From: Candidatus Bathyarchaeota archaeon UBA233 | Lineage (GTDB): Archaea; Thermoproteota; Bathyarchaeia; Bathyarchaeales; UBA233 | Assembly (NCBI GenBank): GCA_002507245.1 | Contig: DAZI01000030.1 | Location: 1 to 37,642 of the forward strand | Direction: 5' to 3' | DNA: 37,642 nt | Shown here: in pieces, positions 16,175 to 26,200 of the stretch | Position numbering within the stretch: position 1 is the first letter of the stretch | How the letters are laid out: the number at the start of each line of letters is the position of its first letter | The notes under the pieces: generated by a model | What the model saw: the letters and a program-made list of their open reading frames with translations, nothing else | Database searches by the model: none | Told to the model about the DNA's origin: nothing | Program-made: the position numbers and the translations under genes

Positions 16175-17422
16175 TCAAGACGCGGAGTTAAAGGATTTCC
16201 GGCTTAAAAGCGTCCTGAAGATTGTATAGAGTCCAAGATTGATTATTGATGGATGCCAAGCTATTCTTGCTAGAGATTTTCCTTGAAAGTCAATGTCACT
16301 AAAATTTCTGAGAATTTTTTGCAATTCCAGCCTTTTACATTTTAATATTAGCTTGTCGATTTGGTTATCTGATAATTGTTCAAATGTTTTCCTCATTTGA
16401 AGCATAACCCACATATCAAACCCCATCAGTTTTCTCCATTTTCGCTGATATCTGGAAAGACTTTCCGCCGAAAAATTGTTCTCCTTCAAGGCGTTATGAA
16501 TAGTTTCTGCAGCGATCATTGCGCATCTCATTCCTAGAATAACTCCCCCTCCAGTTGTTGGCTTAACCTGTGAAGCTGCATCGCCTATAACCAAGAATCC
16601 ATTTGTAAAAGTTCTTGAAATCGGCCCACCCAATGTTATAGGATGGAAGGCTTCCCTAATGATTTTGGTCTTACCTAACTTTTTAGAAGCTATTGGATGT
16701 TTTCGTTTAAATTTTTCAAGGAACTGTTTAGGATTTCCTCGTTTTGTTGCCAATCCAATTTTGGCTGTTCCATCTCTTCTGGGCATGAGCCAGGCATAGA
16801 AGCTGGGCGCGTACGCGTTTCCAAAGTATATTTCTACGAAATCTTCGTCTATGTCTCTGACGTGATCTACTTCAGCTGATACGCCCTTAACAAGCATTGA
16901 AGAGTTTAAGGTGCGAAGCTTGGCTTGTCGTAAAATTCGAGAAGAAATCCCTTCAGCATCCACTACTATCTTTACCTTTAAGTTTTCATGGATCCCGCGG
17001 AACTTGACATTAACTCCCTTAACGTTGTGGTTTTCGATGACAAGTGATTCTACATGTTTTCCTAGACTAAGCTTAGCTCCGGCTTGTATGGCGAGTTCGG
17101 CTAAATGCCTGTCAAAAAATTTGCGATTCACGGAACATGTTACCGGAGAGTCAAACTCAATTTCAAAGCTGTTTCCTTTAGACGAATGGAAAACTGCGCC
17201 TCGGTACTCATTTTCCACGATCCCTTTCGGAAGGGGGTAAAGCCCGAGTCTTTTTAGGCTTTGAATGCTTAGGTGCCCAGCGCAGTGGGATGGTTCACCT
17301 ATACTTCTATGTTCTTCAAAAACCGTTACATCAATCCCTTGTTTGGCTAGGGTTAAACTGCAGAAAAGCCCGCATACGCCGCCTCCAACAACAGCTACTT
17401 CAACCAAAACTTCTCCCAGCAA
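16175..17422 (-). CDS. Geranylgeranyl reductase family FAD oxidoreductase (DGGGPL reductase-like)
   Basis: VVGGGVCG, HCAG, RKFFDRHLA, DAEG, YAWLMP, GDAASQVKPTTGGG. Confidence 0.88.
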   Translation of the reverse strand: MLGEVLVEVAVVGGGVCGLFCSLTLAKQGIDVTVFEEHRSIGEPSHCAGHLSIQSLKRLGLYPLPKGIVENEYRGAVFHSSKGNSFEIEFDSPVTCSVNRKFFDRHLAELAIQAGAKLSLGKHVESLVIENHNVKGVNVKFRGIHENLKVKIVVDAEGISSRILRQAKLRTLNSSMLVKGVSAEVDHVRDIDEDFVEIYFGNAYAPSFYAWLMPRRDGTAKIGLATKRGNPKQFLEKFKRKHPIASKKLGKTKIIREAFHPITLGGPISRTFTNGFLVIGDAASQVKPTTGGGVILGMRCAMIAAETIHNALKENNFSAESLSRYQRKWRKLMGFDMWVMLQMRKTFEQLSDNQIDKLILKCKRLELQKILRNFSDIDFQGKSLARIAWHPSIINLGLYTIFRTLLSRKSFNSAS

Positions 17423-17464
17423 AGTTGAGGAAGATGTAAAATGGAGTTAATTGGTTTTTGAACG

Positions 17465-17698
17465 CTAGTCTTTAACGTTTACCAGCTCAACGCGTCGTTT
17501 TCCCCTTGTTAGGGAAGAAACAATAATTAACCCTTGCACTTCCATGGACATTAGTATCTTATTAAACTCACCAATTCCCAGTTCGCCGAAGCTTTCTTTA
17601 AGCATTTCATATAGTTCTGTATCTTTTACAGCTCCTTTCCTTTGCAGAATTTCCAATATTTTGGAGTTGACTGAATGAACGTGCCATATCTTTGACAT
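17465..17698 (-). CDS. Small winged-helix protein downstream of cdc48
   Basis: 77 aa: ILEILQRKG..KDTELYEML...FNKILMSMEVQGLIIV plus a beta wing. GAGGT SD; starts 10 nt after the cdc48 stop. Confidence 0.8.
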   Translation of the reverse strand: MSKIWHVHSVNSKILEILQRKGAVKDTELYEMLKESFGELGIGEFNKILMSMEVQGLIIVSSLTRGKRRVELVNVKD

Positions 17699-17708
17699 TG
17701 TTTTACCT

Positions 17709-19880
17709 CTAGGCGATGGGAGTTGCCGGTTTCTTTATACGTCTAACTTGCTTCGCAAAATTCTTGTACCAGTTTTCCATGTCCTCCGAAATCGAGGGCC
17801 CGATCTTTTCTAGAGCCTTATCAAAATCCGTTTTTGTTACCTCCTTAGCGTTCACGTCTCTTCGTAAAGCGTTTAGTGCTGCCTCACGACATAAAGCTTC
17901 AATGTCTGCTCCTGAATATCCTTTTGTCGCTTCAGCTAAATGTTGCAAGTCAACATCGTTAGCCAGCGGCATGTCTTTGGTGTAAATCTGGAAAATTTCA
18001 AGTCTGGCTTTCTCATCTGGTTCAGGAACATAAATCAGCCGGTCGAACCTTCCAGGCCGGAGGACAGCTGGGTCAACTATGTCCGGTCTGTTCGTAGCAG
18101 CGATTATTACCACATCTTCAAGGGTCTGGATTCCATCTATTTCAGTTAACAACTGACTTATCACTCGTTCGGTAACACCGCTGTCTGCGTAGCCCATTCC
18201 ACGTCTAGGAACCAACGCGTCAAATTCGTCGAAAAATATCACCGATGGGGCTGCCATCCGCGCCTTCCTAAATACTTCTCGTATTGCTTTTTCGGATTCA
18301 CCAACCCATTTTGAGAATACCTCAGGCCCTTTAATTGTTATGAAGTTTGCCTCGCTTTCCGTGGCTACTGCTCTGGCTAGTAGGGTTTTGCCGCAGCCTG
18401 GCGGTCCATAGAGGAGAATTCCTTTCGGCGGTTTAATTCCAAGTCTTTTGAACATGCTTGGGTTTTTCAGTGGCCATTCTACAGCTTCTCTCAGTTCCTC
18501 TTTTACTTTGTCGAGTCCTCCTATATCGCTCCAGTGAACAGCCGGGATTTCTATATATACTTCTCTCATAGCAGTTGGAGTTATTTCCTTGTAAGCGTTT
18601 AGGAAATCTTCCATTCTTACTTCCATTTTTTCAAGCACGCTTGGGGGAATGCGTTCTTCTTCTAGATTTATTTGGGGGAGATACCGTCTTAGTGCTTTCA
18701 TAGCTGTTTCGCGACATAAAGCTGCTAGATCCGCGCCTGTGTATCCATGGGTCATTTCCGCCAGTTTACGTAAATCTACATCTTCAGCTAGAGGCATTCC
18801 ACGGGTATGGATTTGTAGGATTTCATATCTGGCTTGTTTGTCAGGTACTCCTATTTCGATTTCCCTGTCAAACCTTCCAGGTCTACGTAAAGCTGGATCT
18901 AAAGCGTCAGGTCGATTAGTGGCGCCTATCACTATGACGTTGCCTCTTCCAGCTAATCCATCCATCAAAGCTAAAAGTTGAGCGACAACTCGTCTTTCCA
19001 CTTCGCCAGTAACTTCTTCTCGTTTAGGCGCTATAGCATCAAGTTCATCAATAAATATAATACTAGGCGCATTCTGTTGCGCTTGCTGAAAGATTTCACG
19101 CAGCCTAGCCTCCGATTCACCATAAAATTTACTCATAATTTCAGGTCCGTTTATGGCGAAAAAGTTTGCTTCAGACTCGTTGGCTACTGCTCTGGCTAGT
19201 AGGGTTTTGCCGCAGCCTGGCGGTCCATGTAATAGGACTCCCTTTGGGGGCTCTATTCCGAGTCTTTGGAACAATTCCGGATGTCGAAGGGGTAATTCAA
19301 CCATTTCTCTTACGCGTTGAATTTCTTCGTGTAAGCCTCCTATGTCTTCATAAGTTGTCCGAGGCATTCCTCTGGCTTCTGGGGCTGGTTCACTGAGTAT
19401 TTGGAGTTTAGTGTCTTGAGTTATTCTCACTATCCCATGAGGCCGGGTTTTCGTTACAGTAAATGGTATAGCTTGTCCAAGCATCATAACAAGTGTTGTG
19501 TCTCCCTCGATGACAGTGCGTTCCATTAAGCGGTTTTTAACGAAATGTGTAAAATCCTCGTCTACGTTCAGCCGCATATCCACTGGTGCCAAGGTTACAC
19601 TCAAAGCATTTTTCACTTTTGCCGGTTTTATCATAACATACTCATTTATTGCTACGCCAGCGTTTTTCCTTGTAAATCCGTCGATACGTATAATGTTACG
19701 GTTTTGATCCTCAGTGTAGGCTGGCCAAGCTATGGCAGAGGTTGTGCGTTTCCCTGTTATTTCGATAACATCACCGGCGGATATTCCAAGTTTCTGCATA
19801 GTCTTCTGGTCTATTCTAGCTATTCCCCTTCCCACATCTCTCTGTTTTGCATCTGCCACGCGTAATTGTACTTCAGTCAT
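17709..19880 (-). CDS. cdc48: CDC48/p97/VAT AAA+ ATPase
   Basis: N-domain ([10 protein letters not shown]) plus two AAA modules, each with [16 protein letters not shown] and RPGRFDR. Confidence 0.98.
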   Translation of the reverse strand: MTEVQLRVADAKQRDVGRGIARIDQKTMQKLGISAGDVIEITGKRTTSAIAWPAYTEDQNRNIIRIDGFTRKNAGVAINEYVMIKPAKVKNALSVTLAPVDMRLNVDEDFTHFVKNRLMERTVIEGDTTLVMMLGQAIPFTVTKTRPHGIVRITQDTKLQILSEPAPEARGMPRTTYEDIGGLHEEIQRVREMVELPLRHPELFQRLGIEPPKGVLLHGPPGCGKTLLARAVANESEANFFAINGPEIMSKFYGESEARLREIFQQAQQNAPSIIFIDELDAIAPKREEVTGEVERRVVAQLLALMDGLAGRGNVIVIGATNRPDALDPALRRPGRFDREIEIGVPDKQARYEILQIHTRGMPLAEDVDLRKLAEMTHGYTGADLAALCRETAMKALRRYLPQINLEEERIPPSVLEKMEVRMEDFLNAYKEITPTAMREVYIEIPAVHWSDIGGLDKVKEELREAVEWPLKNPSMFKRLGIKPPKGILLYGPPGCGKTLLARAVATESEANFITIKGPEVFSKWVGESEKAIREVFRKARMAAPSVIFFDEFDALVPRRGMGYADSGVTERVISQLLTEIDGIQTLEDVVIIAATNRPDIVDPAVLRPGRFDRLIYVPEPDEKARLEIFQIYTKDMPLANDVDLQHLAEATKGYSGADIEALCREAALNALRRDVNAKEVTKTDFDKALEKIGPSISEDMENWYKNFAKQVRRIKKPATPIA
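18362..18409. repeat. 48-bp perfect direct repeat, copy in the cdc48 D2 Walker A
   Basis: tggctactgctctggctagtagggttttgccgcagcctggcggtccat, identical to 19181-19228. Confidence 0.95.
19181..19228. repeat. 48-bp perfect direct repeat, copy in the cdc48 D1 Walker A
   Basis: Identical to 18362-18409. Confidence 0.95.
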
Positions 19881-19947
19881 ACGTATTGTTCCTCTCTAGA
19901 ATTTCTAGATGGTTGAATATTGTTTCCATATTTAAAGTTTCGTTCGT

Positions 19948-20220
19948 CTATCGAGCTCTGCGCACCATTATGGTCTGTATCTGACTTATGTCTTTTATTT
20001 CCTGAAGCTTGTTCTCGAGTTCTTCAAGGACTCCTGATTTATCTTCGGGAATCTTTATGTGGGCTATTAAAGCCTTTAAACCGAACGCTATGGGTTCCTC
20101 GCCGTATCCGTAGATTGAGGCGAATTCAGGTAAGCTTCTCTCGATCGTTTTTTTGAGCTGCTCGAAGTCTACGGTTATGTCTGTTGGAAAGATTTTATAT
20201 GAAACTACAACATTTGCCAT
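19948..20220 (-). CDS. ef1b: Translation elongation factor 1-beta
   Basis: VVVSYKIFP...EEPIAFGLKAL signature, 90 aa. Confidence 0.96.
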   Translation of the reverse strand: MANVVVSYKIFPTDITVDFEQLKKTIERSLPEFASIYGYGEEPIAFGLKALIAHIKIPEDKSGVLEELENKLQEIKDISQIQTIMVRRAR

Positions 20221-20264
20221 TCACTTCTTCTCCCTTAGCTTTACACTCTAATTTCAGTCTCCTG

Positions 20265-20272
20265 TTTATATA
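20265..20272. promoter_or_regulatory. TATA-box candidate in the divergent ef1b/DUF4438 intergenic region
   Basis: TTTATATA matches the archaeal TATA consensus and reads TATATAAA on the minus strand. Confidence 0.45.
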
Positions 20273-20349
20273 GCTACTCATACTTGGTGATCCCAAATTT
20301 TATCAATGCGGGCTACGTAATAGGCACAATCCCTAAAGGTGAAGAAAAC

Positions 20350-21228
20350 ATGTTAAGAACTAACAAGGATCGACTTGTTAAACTGTCCGTGGTTGGAGAG
20401 GTAACGAGTCCAATTTACGGTCGAAGTCCCTACCGAATATCTGCTGATGGGCAACCCCTAGTGTTGCCGAGTATAGGTGGGATAACTTACAATGTGCGTG
20501 TGGGTGATCCAGCTTGTGGATGGGAAGCTGACCATGTCGAGCCAGGCGTAAGTATCCAAAACAAGGAGAAGGAAGATGCCTCCACAGGGGCTAACAGAGC
20601 GTTGAACGTTCTAGCTTGCGTTGGCAACAAGGCCATTATTGTAAGCGGGGATGCTAAGGGCGCCAAGGGAACGGTAACAGGGAAACACGGTGGAATCGAG
20701 CATGTCATAGTAGATTTTCCATTGGAGACGCTGGAGAAACTTATGATAGGTGACAAAATCCTCATAAAATCTTATGGGCTAGGACTACGCCTACTTGACT
20801 TCCCGGACATAAAAGTCATGAACCTTGACCCCTGCTTCTTAGAAGTATTAAATCCTCAACCAGTAGGCGACAAACTTGAAATACCAGTAACTCACGAAAT
20901 TCCAGCTTTCTTGATGGGCTCCGGGCTAGGTGCAAATCAAACCTATTCGGGGGATTACGACATTCAACTCTTTGATGAAAATACCGTGAAAACCTATGGG
21001 TTAGAGGGTATATGCCTAGGCGACCTCGTAGCCATAACAGACGCTGATAGCACCTATGGTAGGCTCTACAGAAAAGGCGCGATAACAGTTGGAATAGTTG
21101 TTCACTGCAACTCTGTGGTCTCAGGGCACGGTCCTGGAGTAACAACTCTTTTCACATCTCGTACGGGGAAAATAAAGCCACGAATAGATCCCAACGCTAA
21201 CATCGCAAAAATCCTGAAACTAAGGTAA
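20350..21228 (+). CDS. DUF4438 family protein (TM1086-like)
   Basis: MLRTNKDRLV, PSIGGITYNVRVGD, ADHVEPGVS, CVGN, GKHGGIEHV, MGSGLG, GDYDI, SGHGPGVT. ATG at 20350 after AGGTGA. Confidence 0.88.
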   Translation: MLRTNKDRLVKLSVVGEVTSPIYGRSPYRISADGQPLVLPSIGGITYNVRVGDPACGWEADHVEPGVSIQNKEKEDASTGANRALNVLACVGNKAIIVSGDAKGAKGTVTGKHGGIEHVIVDFPLETLEKLMIGDKILIKSYGLGLRLLDFPDIKVMNLDPCFLEVLNPQPVGDKLEIPVTHEIPAFLMGSGLGANQTYSGDYDIQLFDENTVKTYGLEGICLGDLVAITDADSTYGRLYRKGAITVGIVVHCNSVVSGHGPGVTTLFTSRTGKIKPRIDPNANIAKILKLR

Positions 21229-21280
21229 CTTGAAGTACGAAAAAGGAAAAGTTGGCATTCACTGATTAACTTAGGAACAG

Positions 21281-21288
21281 ATATATAA
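21281..21288 (+). promoter_or_regulatory. TATA-box candidate for rps26e
   Basis: ATATATAA preceded by purine-rich GGAACAG, about 50 nt upstream of the start codon. Confidence 0.45.
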
Positions 21289-21336
21289 TTGGACTTGCAT
21301 TCTAGAATTGGAACTTTACCTGAACCGTGATGAAAA

Positions 21337-21621
21337 TTGCCAATAAAGAGAAAAAGCCGTGGAAGATCTAAAGGCGGTAAAGGTAGAAGCGGGTTTGTCC
21401 AATGCGCCAGCTGTGGCGAACTTGTTCCTAGGGACAAAGCCAAAAAGGTTTCGAGACGTACATCACTTGTAGACCCGGTCTTAGCTAAGGAACTCCGACA
21501 GAAAGGAGCCTACATTTCAGCGCCAATTCAAACTAAGTATTATTGTGTTTCTTGCGCTGTGCATCGTGGAATAGTGAAAGTTCGTGCAAAGAATGAACGT
21601 AGGCGACGGCGCAGAAGATAA
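21337..21621 (+). CDS. rps26e: 30S ribosomal protein S26e
   Basis: MPIKRKSRGRSKG, VQCASCG.LVPRDKA, YCVSCAVHRGIVKVR. Confidence 0.97.
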   Translation: MPIKRKSRGRSKGGKGRSGFVQCASCGELVPRDKAKKVSRRTSLVDPVLAKELRQKGAYISAPIQTKYYCVSCAVHRGIVKVRAKNERRRRRRR

Positions 21622-21623
21622 TC

Positions 21624-22220
21624 TCAATCTTTTCTTGTCTGGTTGTAGAAATAAGCTATTCTCTGCAATGCTGTTAGGTTAGTTAAACCTGCTAACAAAA
21701 TCATCCCCAAGTTTAACGCGTTTTCCATATATATGGTCATAAATGTTGCAATTGTGATGATCAGTATTCGATCCGGCCTCTCCATTAAACCCACGGTTTC
21801 CATTCTTATTCCTTCTATTTCCGCCCTTGCCCTTGTATAACTAACAAGAAGGGAGCCAATTAATGCCGTAAGTCCCCAATGAACCTCGCATAAGCCGCTA
21901 ACCACTATAGAAGAATAAATTATGGCATCTGTGTATCTGTCTAAAACCGAGTCGATGAAGCCGCCGAAAGCTGTTGTCTGTGAATATAGTCGCGCTATAG
22001 CTCCGTCTAGTGCATCGCAAAGTCCAGATAGAAGCAATAAAGCAGCTGCTAAAAAAAGAGCCCATGCGGATTTTTTCGCCCAAGTATAGGCAACTGCGCT
22101 AAAAAGCGCTAAAATAACCCCTAAACCGCTCATCATGTTAGGGGTTAATCCTGCTCTCCATAGTTTTTCGGCTGTTCGGGCGATCTTTAACTGAAACTTT
22201 TGTTTGAGCCGAGTCAGCAA
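21624..22220 (-). CDS. CDP-alcohol phosphatidyltransferase (archaetidylinositol phosphate synthase-like)
   Basis: TPN, DALDGAIAR...GGFIDSVLDRYTD family motif, SYTRARAE, GLMERPDR. Confidence 0.92.
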   Translation of the reverse strand: MLTRLKQKFQLKIARTAEKLWRAGLTPNMMSGLGVILALFSAVAYTWAKKSAWALFLAAALLLLSGLCDALDGAIARLYSQTTAFGGFIDSVLDRYTDAIIYSSIVVSGLCEVHWGLTALIGSLLVSYTRARAEIEGIRMETVGLMERPDRILIITIATFMTIYMENALNLGMILLAGLTNLTALQRIAYFYNQTRKD

Positions 22221-22308
22221 ACGTTATCCCTCTGGCTTCACTGCTATTTTATCGCAATCCTTATTTAAGCTGAATCGGAAATGACGATAGGAATAGGAGA
22301 ACTATGAA

Positions 22309-22608
22309 ATGATTTACGTGGCTCAGTTAAACCTTAACGGCAGGATGGCATTAGGCTTAAAAGTAGAATTACCCGGCTCTCCGCCCTTGCTTTTAATAGT
22401 TGGCAAACGTGGCTTTCTTATGTGCGGTTATCTTAATATGGAATCAGTTGAAAAGCTAGGCGTAGCTGCAGCGATGATTTCTGGCGTCAAAAACTTTGAA
22501 GAAATGTTACATGGGGAAGTTAAAGCGGTTAGCTCAAAGGCCGAAACTTTCGGCGTTAAGAAGGGGATGCTAGGTGAAGATGTTGTTAAGCTATTTCTCG
22601 AAACTTAA
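22309..22608 (+). CDS. DUF1805 / YunC family protein
   Basis: LP..PLLLI.G.RGFLMCGYLN...AAMISGV..FEEML...A...GVKKGM.G pattern. Confidence 0.88.
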   Translation: MIYVAQLNLNGRMALGLKVELPGSPPLLLIVGKRGFLMCGYLNMESVEKLGVAAAMISGVKNFEEMLHGEVKAVSSKAETFGVKKGMLGEDVVKLFLET

Positions 22609-22639
22609 ATGGTAGGAAGTGGTATGGGAGGAATAAAAG

Positions 22640-23164
22640 TTGGGATATGAAGCTGTATGGAAAGTTTTAGCTGATATGATCGTTGAATTTAGAAGGAAGG
22701 GGGAGCAAATACCTGTTAACGTTATGGAGGACCTACGTTCCGCAAAAACCTTGATACAAGTTTTGAAGGCGGACAGAACTCGTACAGATGCTCTTGTTAC
22801 ACAAATTGAACAGTACCTTGAAAACGTTGAATTCCACTTATTCTCTGAAGCTCAGAAATTCGGTGAAGCTTTCTTTGAAGACTGGATGCAGAAACTAAGC
22901 AAAGCAAGAGAAAAAATATTCCAAGAAAGTGTGCCAACAACTTCCTCGGTTTCCCAGTTCGTCCCTGGGGTTCCTCGTGAAAAACATTGGATTCGAATTC
23001 AACCGTCTTCAGACACGCCGGAAGAGCTTATACGAAAAATAGCTGCAGAAGAAGATCTTTCATGTGAGCTTCAAGAGGATGGTTATATTCTTGTTAGTGG
23101 TGAAAAGGAACGTGTGAAAAGTTTTATCAAAAAAATGGCTAGAAAGCATGAAATTGTTAGCTAA
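22640..23164 (+). CDS. DUF2096 family protein
   Basis: WKVLADMIVEFRRKGEQIP..VMEDLRSAKTLI and FVPGVPR...WIRI. GGAGG SD before TTG. Confidence 0.78.
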   Translation: MGYEAVWKVLADMIVEFRRKGEQIPVNVMEDLRSAKTLIQVLKADRTRTDALVTQIEQYLENVEFHLFSEAQKFGEAFFEDWMQKLSKAREKIFQESVPTTSSVSQFVPGVPREKHWIRIQPSSDTPEELIRKIAAEEDLSCELQEDGYILVSGEKERVKSFIKKMARKHEIVS

Positions 23165-23290
23165 AAATGTAGTAAAAATTTACATAACTGTTAAAACTTA
23201 AAACGTTTTCAAATATGAAGGGTAGAACAATAATCTAGAATAGAATATGCCTGTTAGAACCCCGCTACCTTAGGGGCGAGGCCACTAGAA

Positions 23291-26200
23291 ATGCCTTACA
23301 TCAAAAAAATAGAGGTTAAAGGATTCAAGTCCTTTGGGCCGAAAACCGTTACCTTAACCTTAGATAAAGGCTTCACGGTTATAACTGGACCAAATGGAAG
23401 TGGAAAAACAAACATAGTGGACGCTATTTTATTCGCCTTAGGCGAGTTAAGCGTTCGCAGGCTTCGAGCTGATGCCGCTAACAAATTGATATTTCATGGG
23501 TCGCCTGAGGCTGGGATTGAAAAAGCAAGGTCAGCTAAAGTAGTTATACAGTTCGATAATTCTGATGGTCGTATACCGGTGGACACAGCGACTGTTACAA
23601 TCTCCCGTGAAGTCCAACGGAATGGGCAAAGCATTTACCGGCTGAATGGACGAAGAGTTTCGCGGACACAAATCCTTGAAATGCTTTCAATGGCTGGAAT
23701 TAGTTCAAGCGGACACAACTTGATTATGCAAGGCACAATAACGCGGCTTACCGATATCTCTGCAGCTGAAAGAAGGAAAATAATTGAAGACTTAATCGGT
23801 ATAGCCCAGTATGATGCGGAAAAGGCTGAAGCGGAGGAAAAGCTTCGCGTAGCCGACATGTCCATCCGCACGGCAATGGGAAGAATTGATGAGGTTCAAA
23901 AGCGTGTTGATGATCTAGAACGGGAACGCAATGAGCTTTTGCGATACAGGTTCATACAAAATGAAATCAAAAAATTTGAAATCAAAAAACTCTCCTACGA
24001 GATACTTAAACTTCGCAAAGAAGTTGAGCAACTATCCTCACAAGTAAATAAAGTAAGCGAAAAAGTTGAAAAGTTAAGACAACTACGAGAACATTTTCGC
24101 TCCAAAAGACGTATAATAGAAATTGAATGGCGGAAACTAAGCTCAGAAATGGTTGAAGAAGGCGGAGCTAGAGTTCTCCAAGTGCAAATGAAGATAGGTG
24201 AATTAAAATCTAAACTAAGCGAGCTAACCTCTAGGATAAACAGTGGAACTATAAGCTTAGAAGGGCTTAGAAAAGTTCGGGAAAATAACCGTCAACACTT
24301 TGAAGAACTACGTAGCGAGATAAAGGAAAACAGGCTTAAGATTCGAAAACTACGGAGAACCTACGAGAAACTTCAAGACGATATTTCGGAAAAACAGGCT
24401 GAACACGATGCTTTAGTTAGGGAAACTGCTCATTTATGGGAAAGTCTTGACCAAAATAGCTCTAAAATCCGAGAGGTTGAAAATCGGCTAGATAAACTCT
24501 ATCAGCGGCTTGTAGAACTTCGAACTGAAACTGCAAAAACCCAAAACTCTATAAAAGCGCGAATGAGGCGATTAAAGGATCTTGCTACACGAAAAGAACG
24601 TTTTCAAGAAACCTTAAATGAACTTCAAAAATCGGTAAAGGATCTAGAAGAGATCCAAAAGGAACAGAAAAATCGACTTAAAAGTCTAGAACAGACGCTG
24701 GAAAAAAGGAAAGCTCAGAAAGAAGCTATAGCGCGAGAGATAGCAGAGGCTGAAAAAATAGCTGAATCCGCTAAGAATGCTGTGGTGGAGTTCGCAACTC
24801 AGAAAGAACTTGCAGAAACTATTGCAGCAGAGGAAAAGGCTTTACGAAGCATAGAAGAACTTGGTGAACTAGGCGTAATCTCCGGAATCCGCGGACGGCT
24901 TAAAAACCTAATCAAGTTAGATAGACGTTATCAAAAGGCATTAGAGGCAGCTGCCACAGGATGGCTTGACGCTCTAGTAGTAAACGATCTCGAAGCAGCC
25001 TATACCTGTACGGAAACCTTGAGACGGTTAAAGCTTGGAAGAATTAAGATAATTCCTTTGAATGGAATAACTCAAGCTGGGGAGTTTAAGCCGCCTAGAC
25101 GTGAAGGCGTAGTTGGGTTGGCTCCAACTTTTGTGAAATGTTCAAAGGAATATTTGCCAGCCGTATTCTTTGTCTTCGGCGACACAGTTGTAGCTTTACA
25201 CGAGAAGGCTGCAGCTGCCCTCTCGCGTGATGGATATCGCGTTGTAACGGTTAGAGGAGATGTTTTCGAGCCAGGAGGTGGCATGGAAAGCGGATATTAT
25301 CGTGCGCCAATAGATTTCTCGAACATAATTCCAAGTGAGAATGCTCTTAAAAGATTAGATGAAGCTGTTGAAGCCCTCAAACAACATCTCGCTAGAAGAA
25401 ATAAGGATATCGATGCAATTGAAGAAGAAATTGATAAGACGCTTATAGAAATAACAAGGCTTTCCGAAGCTATCACAATGTTAGACAATGAAATTGCACG
25501 AGTGCAAAGGAGTATTAAAAGAACTCAGCGAAACATTCGACGTGTTGACTTATACATGCAAAGAGTAAACAAACTTCTCGATAAAGAGAGAAATCAGATA
25601 GGGCTTTACAGGGCAGAGAGACAAGCTATCAAAAAAGAAGTTCGAAAGTTACGTAAAGAGCTTAGCGAATTAAGAAGGAAAACTGACCCAACTCACATCC
25701 AAACATTGGAAGTTAAACGGGAAAAACTAGCTGAAGAAATAATCAAACTTAGACAAAACCTGGGTACTGTGGAAACTGAAATTTCCACTCTTCAATCTCA
25801 ATTTCAAAACATCTTAAGAATAAGTTATCAAAACAGCAAGATCCAGCTAAGAAAGGTTGAACAGCAATTAAGACGGTTAGAAAAAGAGGTTCGAGAAGCC
25901 CTAGAACAAAAGGAGCAGTTAAGAAAAGAACTTATGGAATTAGAAAAGTCCAGAATAGAACTTTCCCGCACAGTTTTAAGCGCTAGAGAAGAGGCAAAGA
26001 AATTCACAGCTCAAATAGATGAGATTGATAAGAAGCTTCGAAGGTTAGATGCAGAATATGAGGAAACCGAGAGAATTTTAAATAAGCTTAGGCTAAAACT
26101 CCAAACGTCTCTACTTCAAATGGAGCAACATCGTAGCACATTGCGTCAACTCGGCTGTCATGAACCAGTACAAGTTTCAGAAAAGGAATTGGAACAGGCT

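Noticed and set aside
23249-23282. Possible GC-rich hairpin just upstream of smc
   Set aside because: Stems are only 3-4 bp with an impossible or large loop; not distinguishable from chance.
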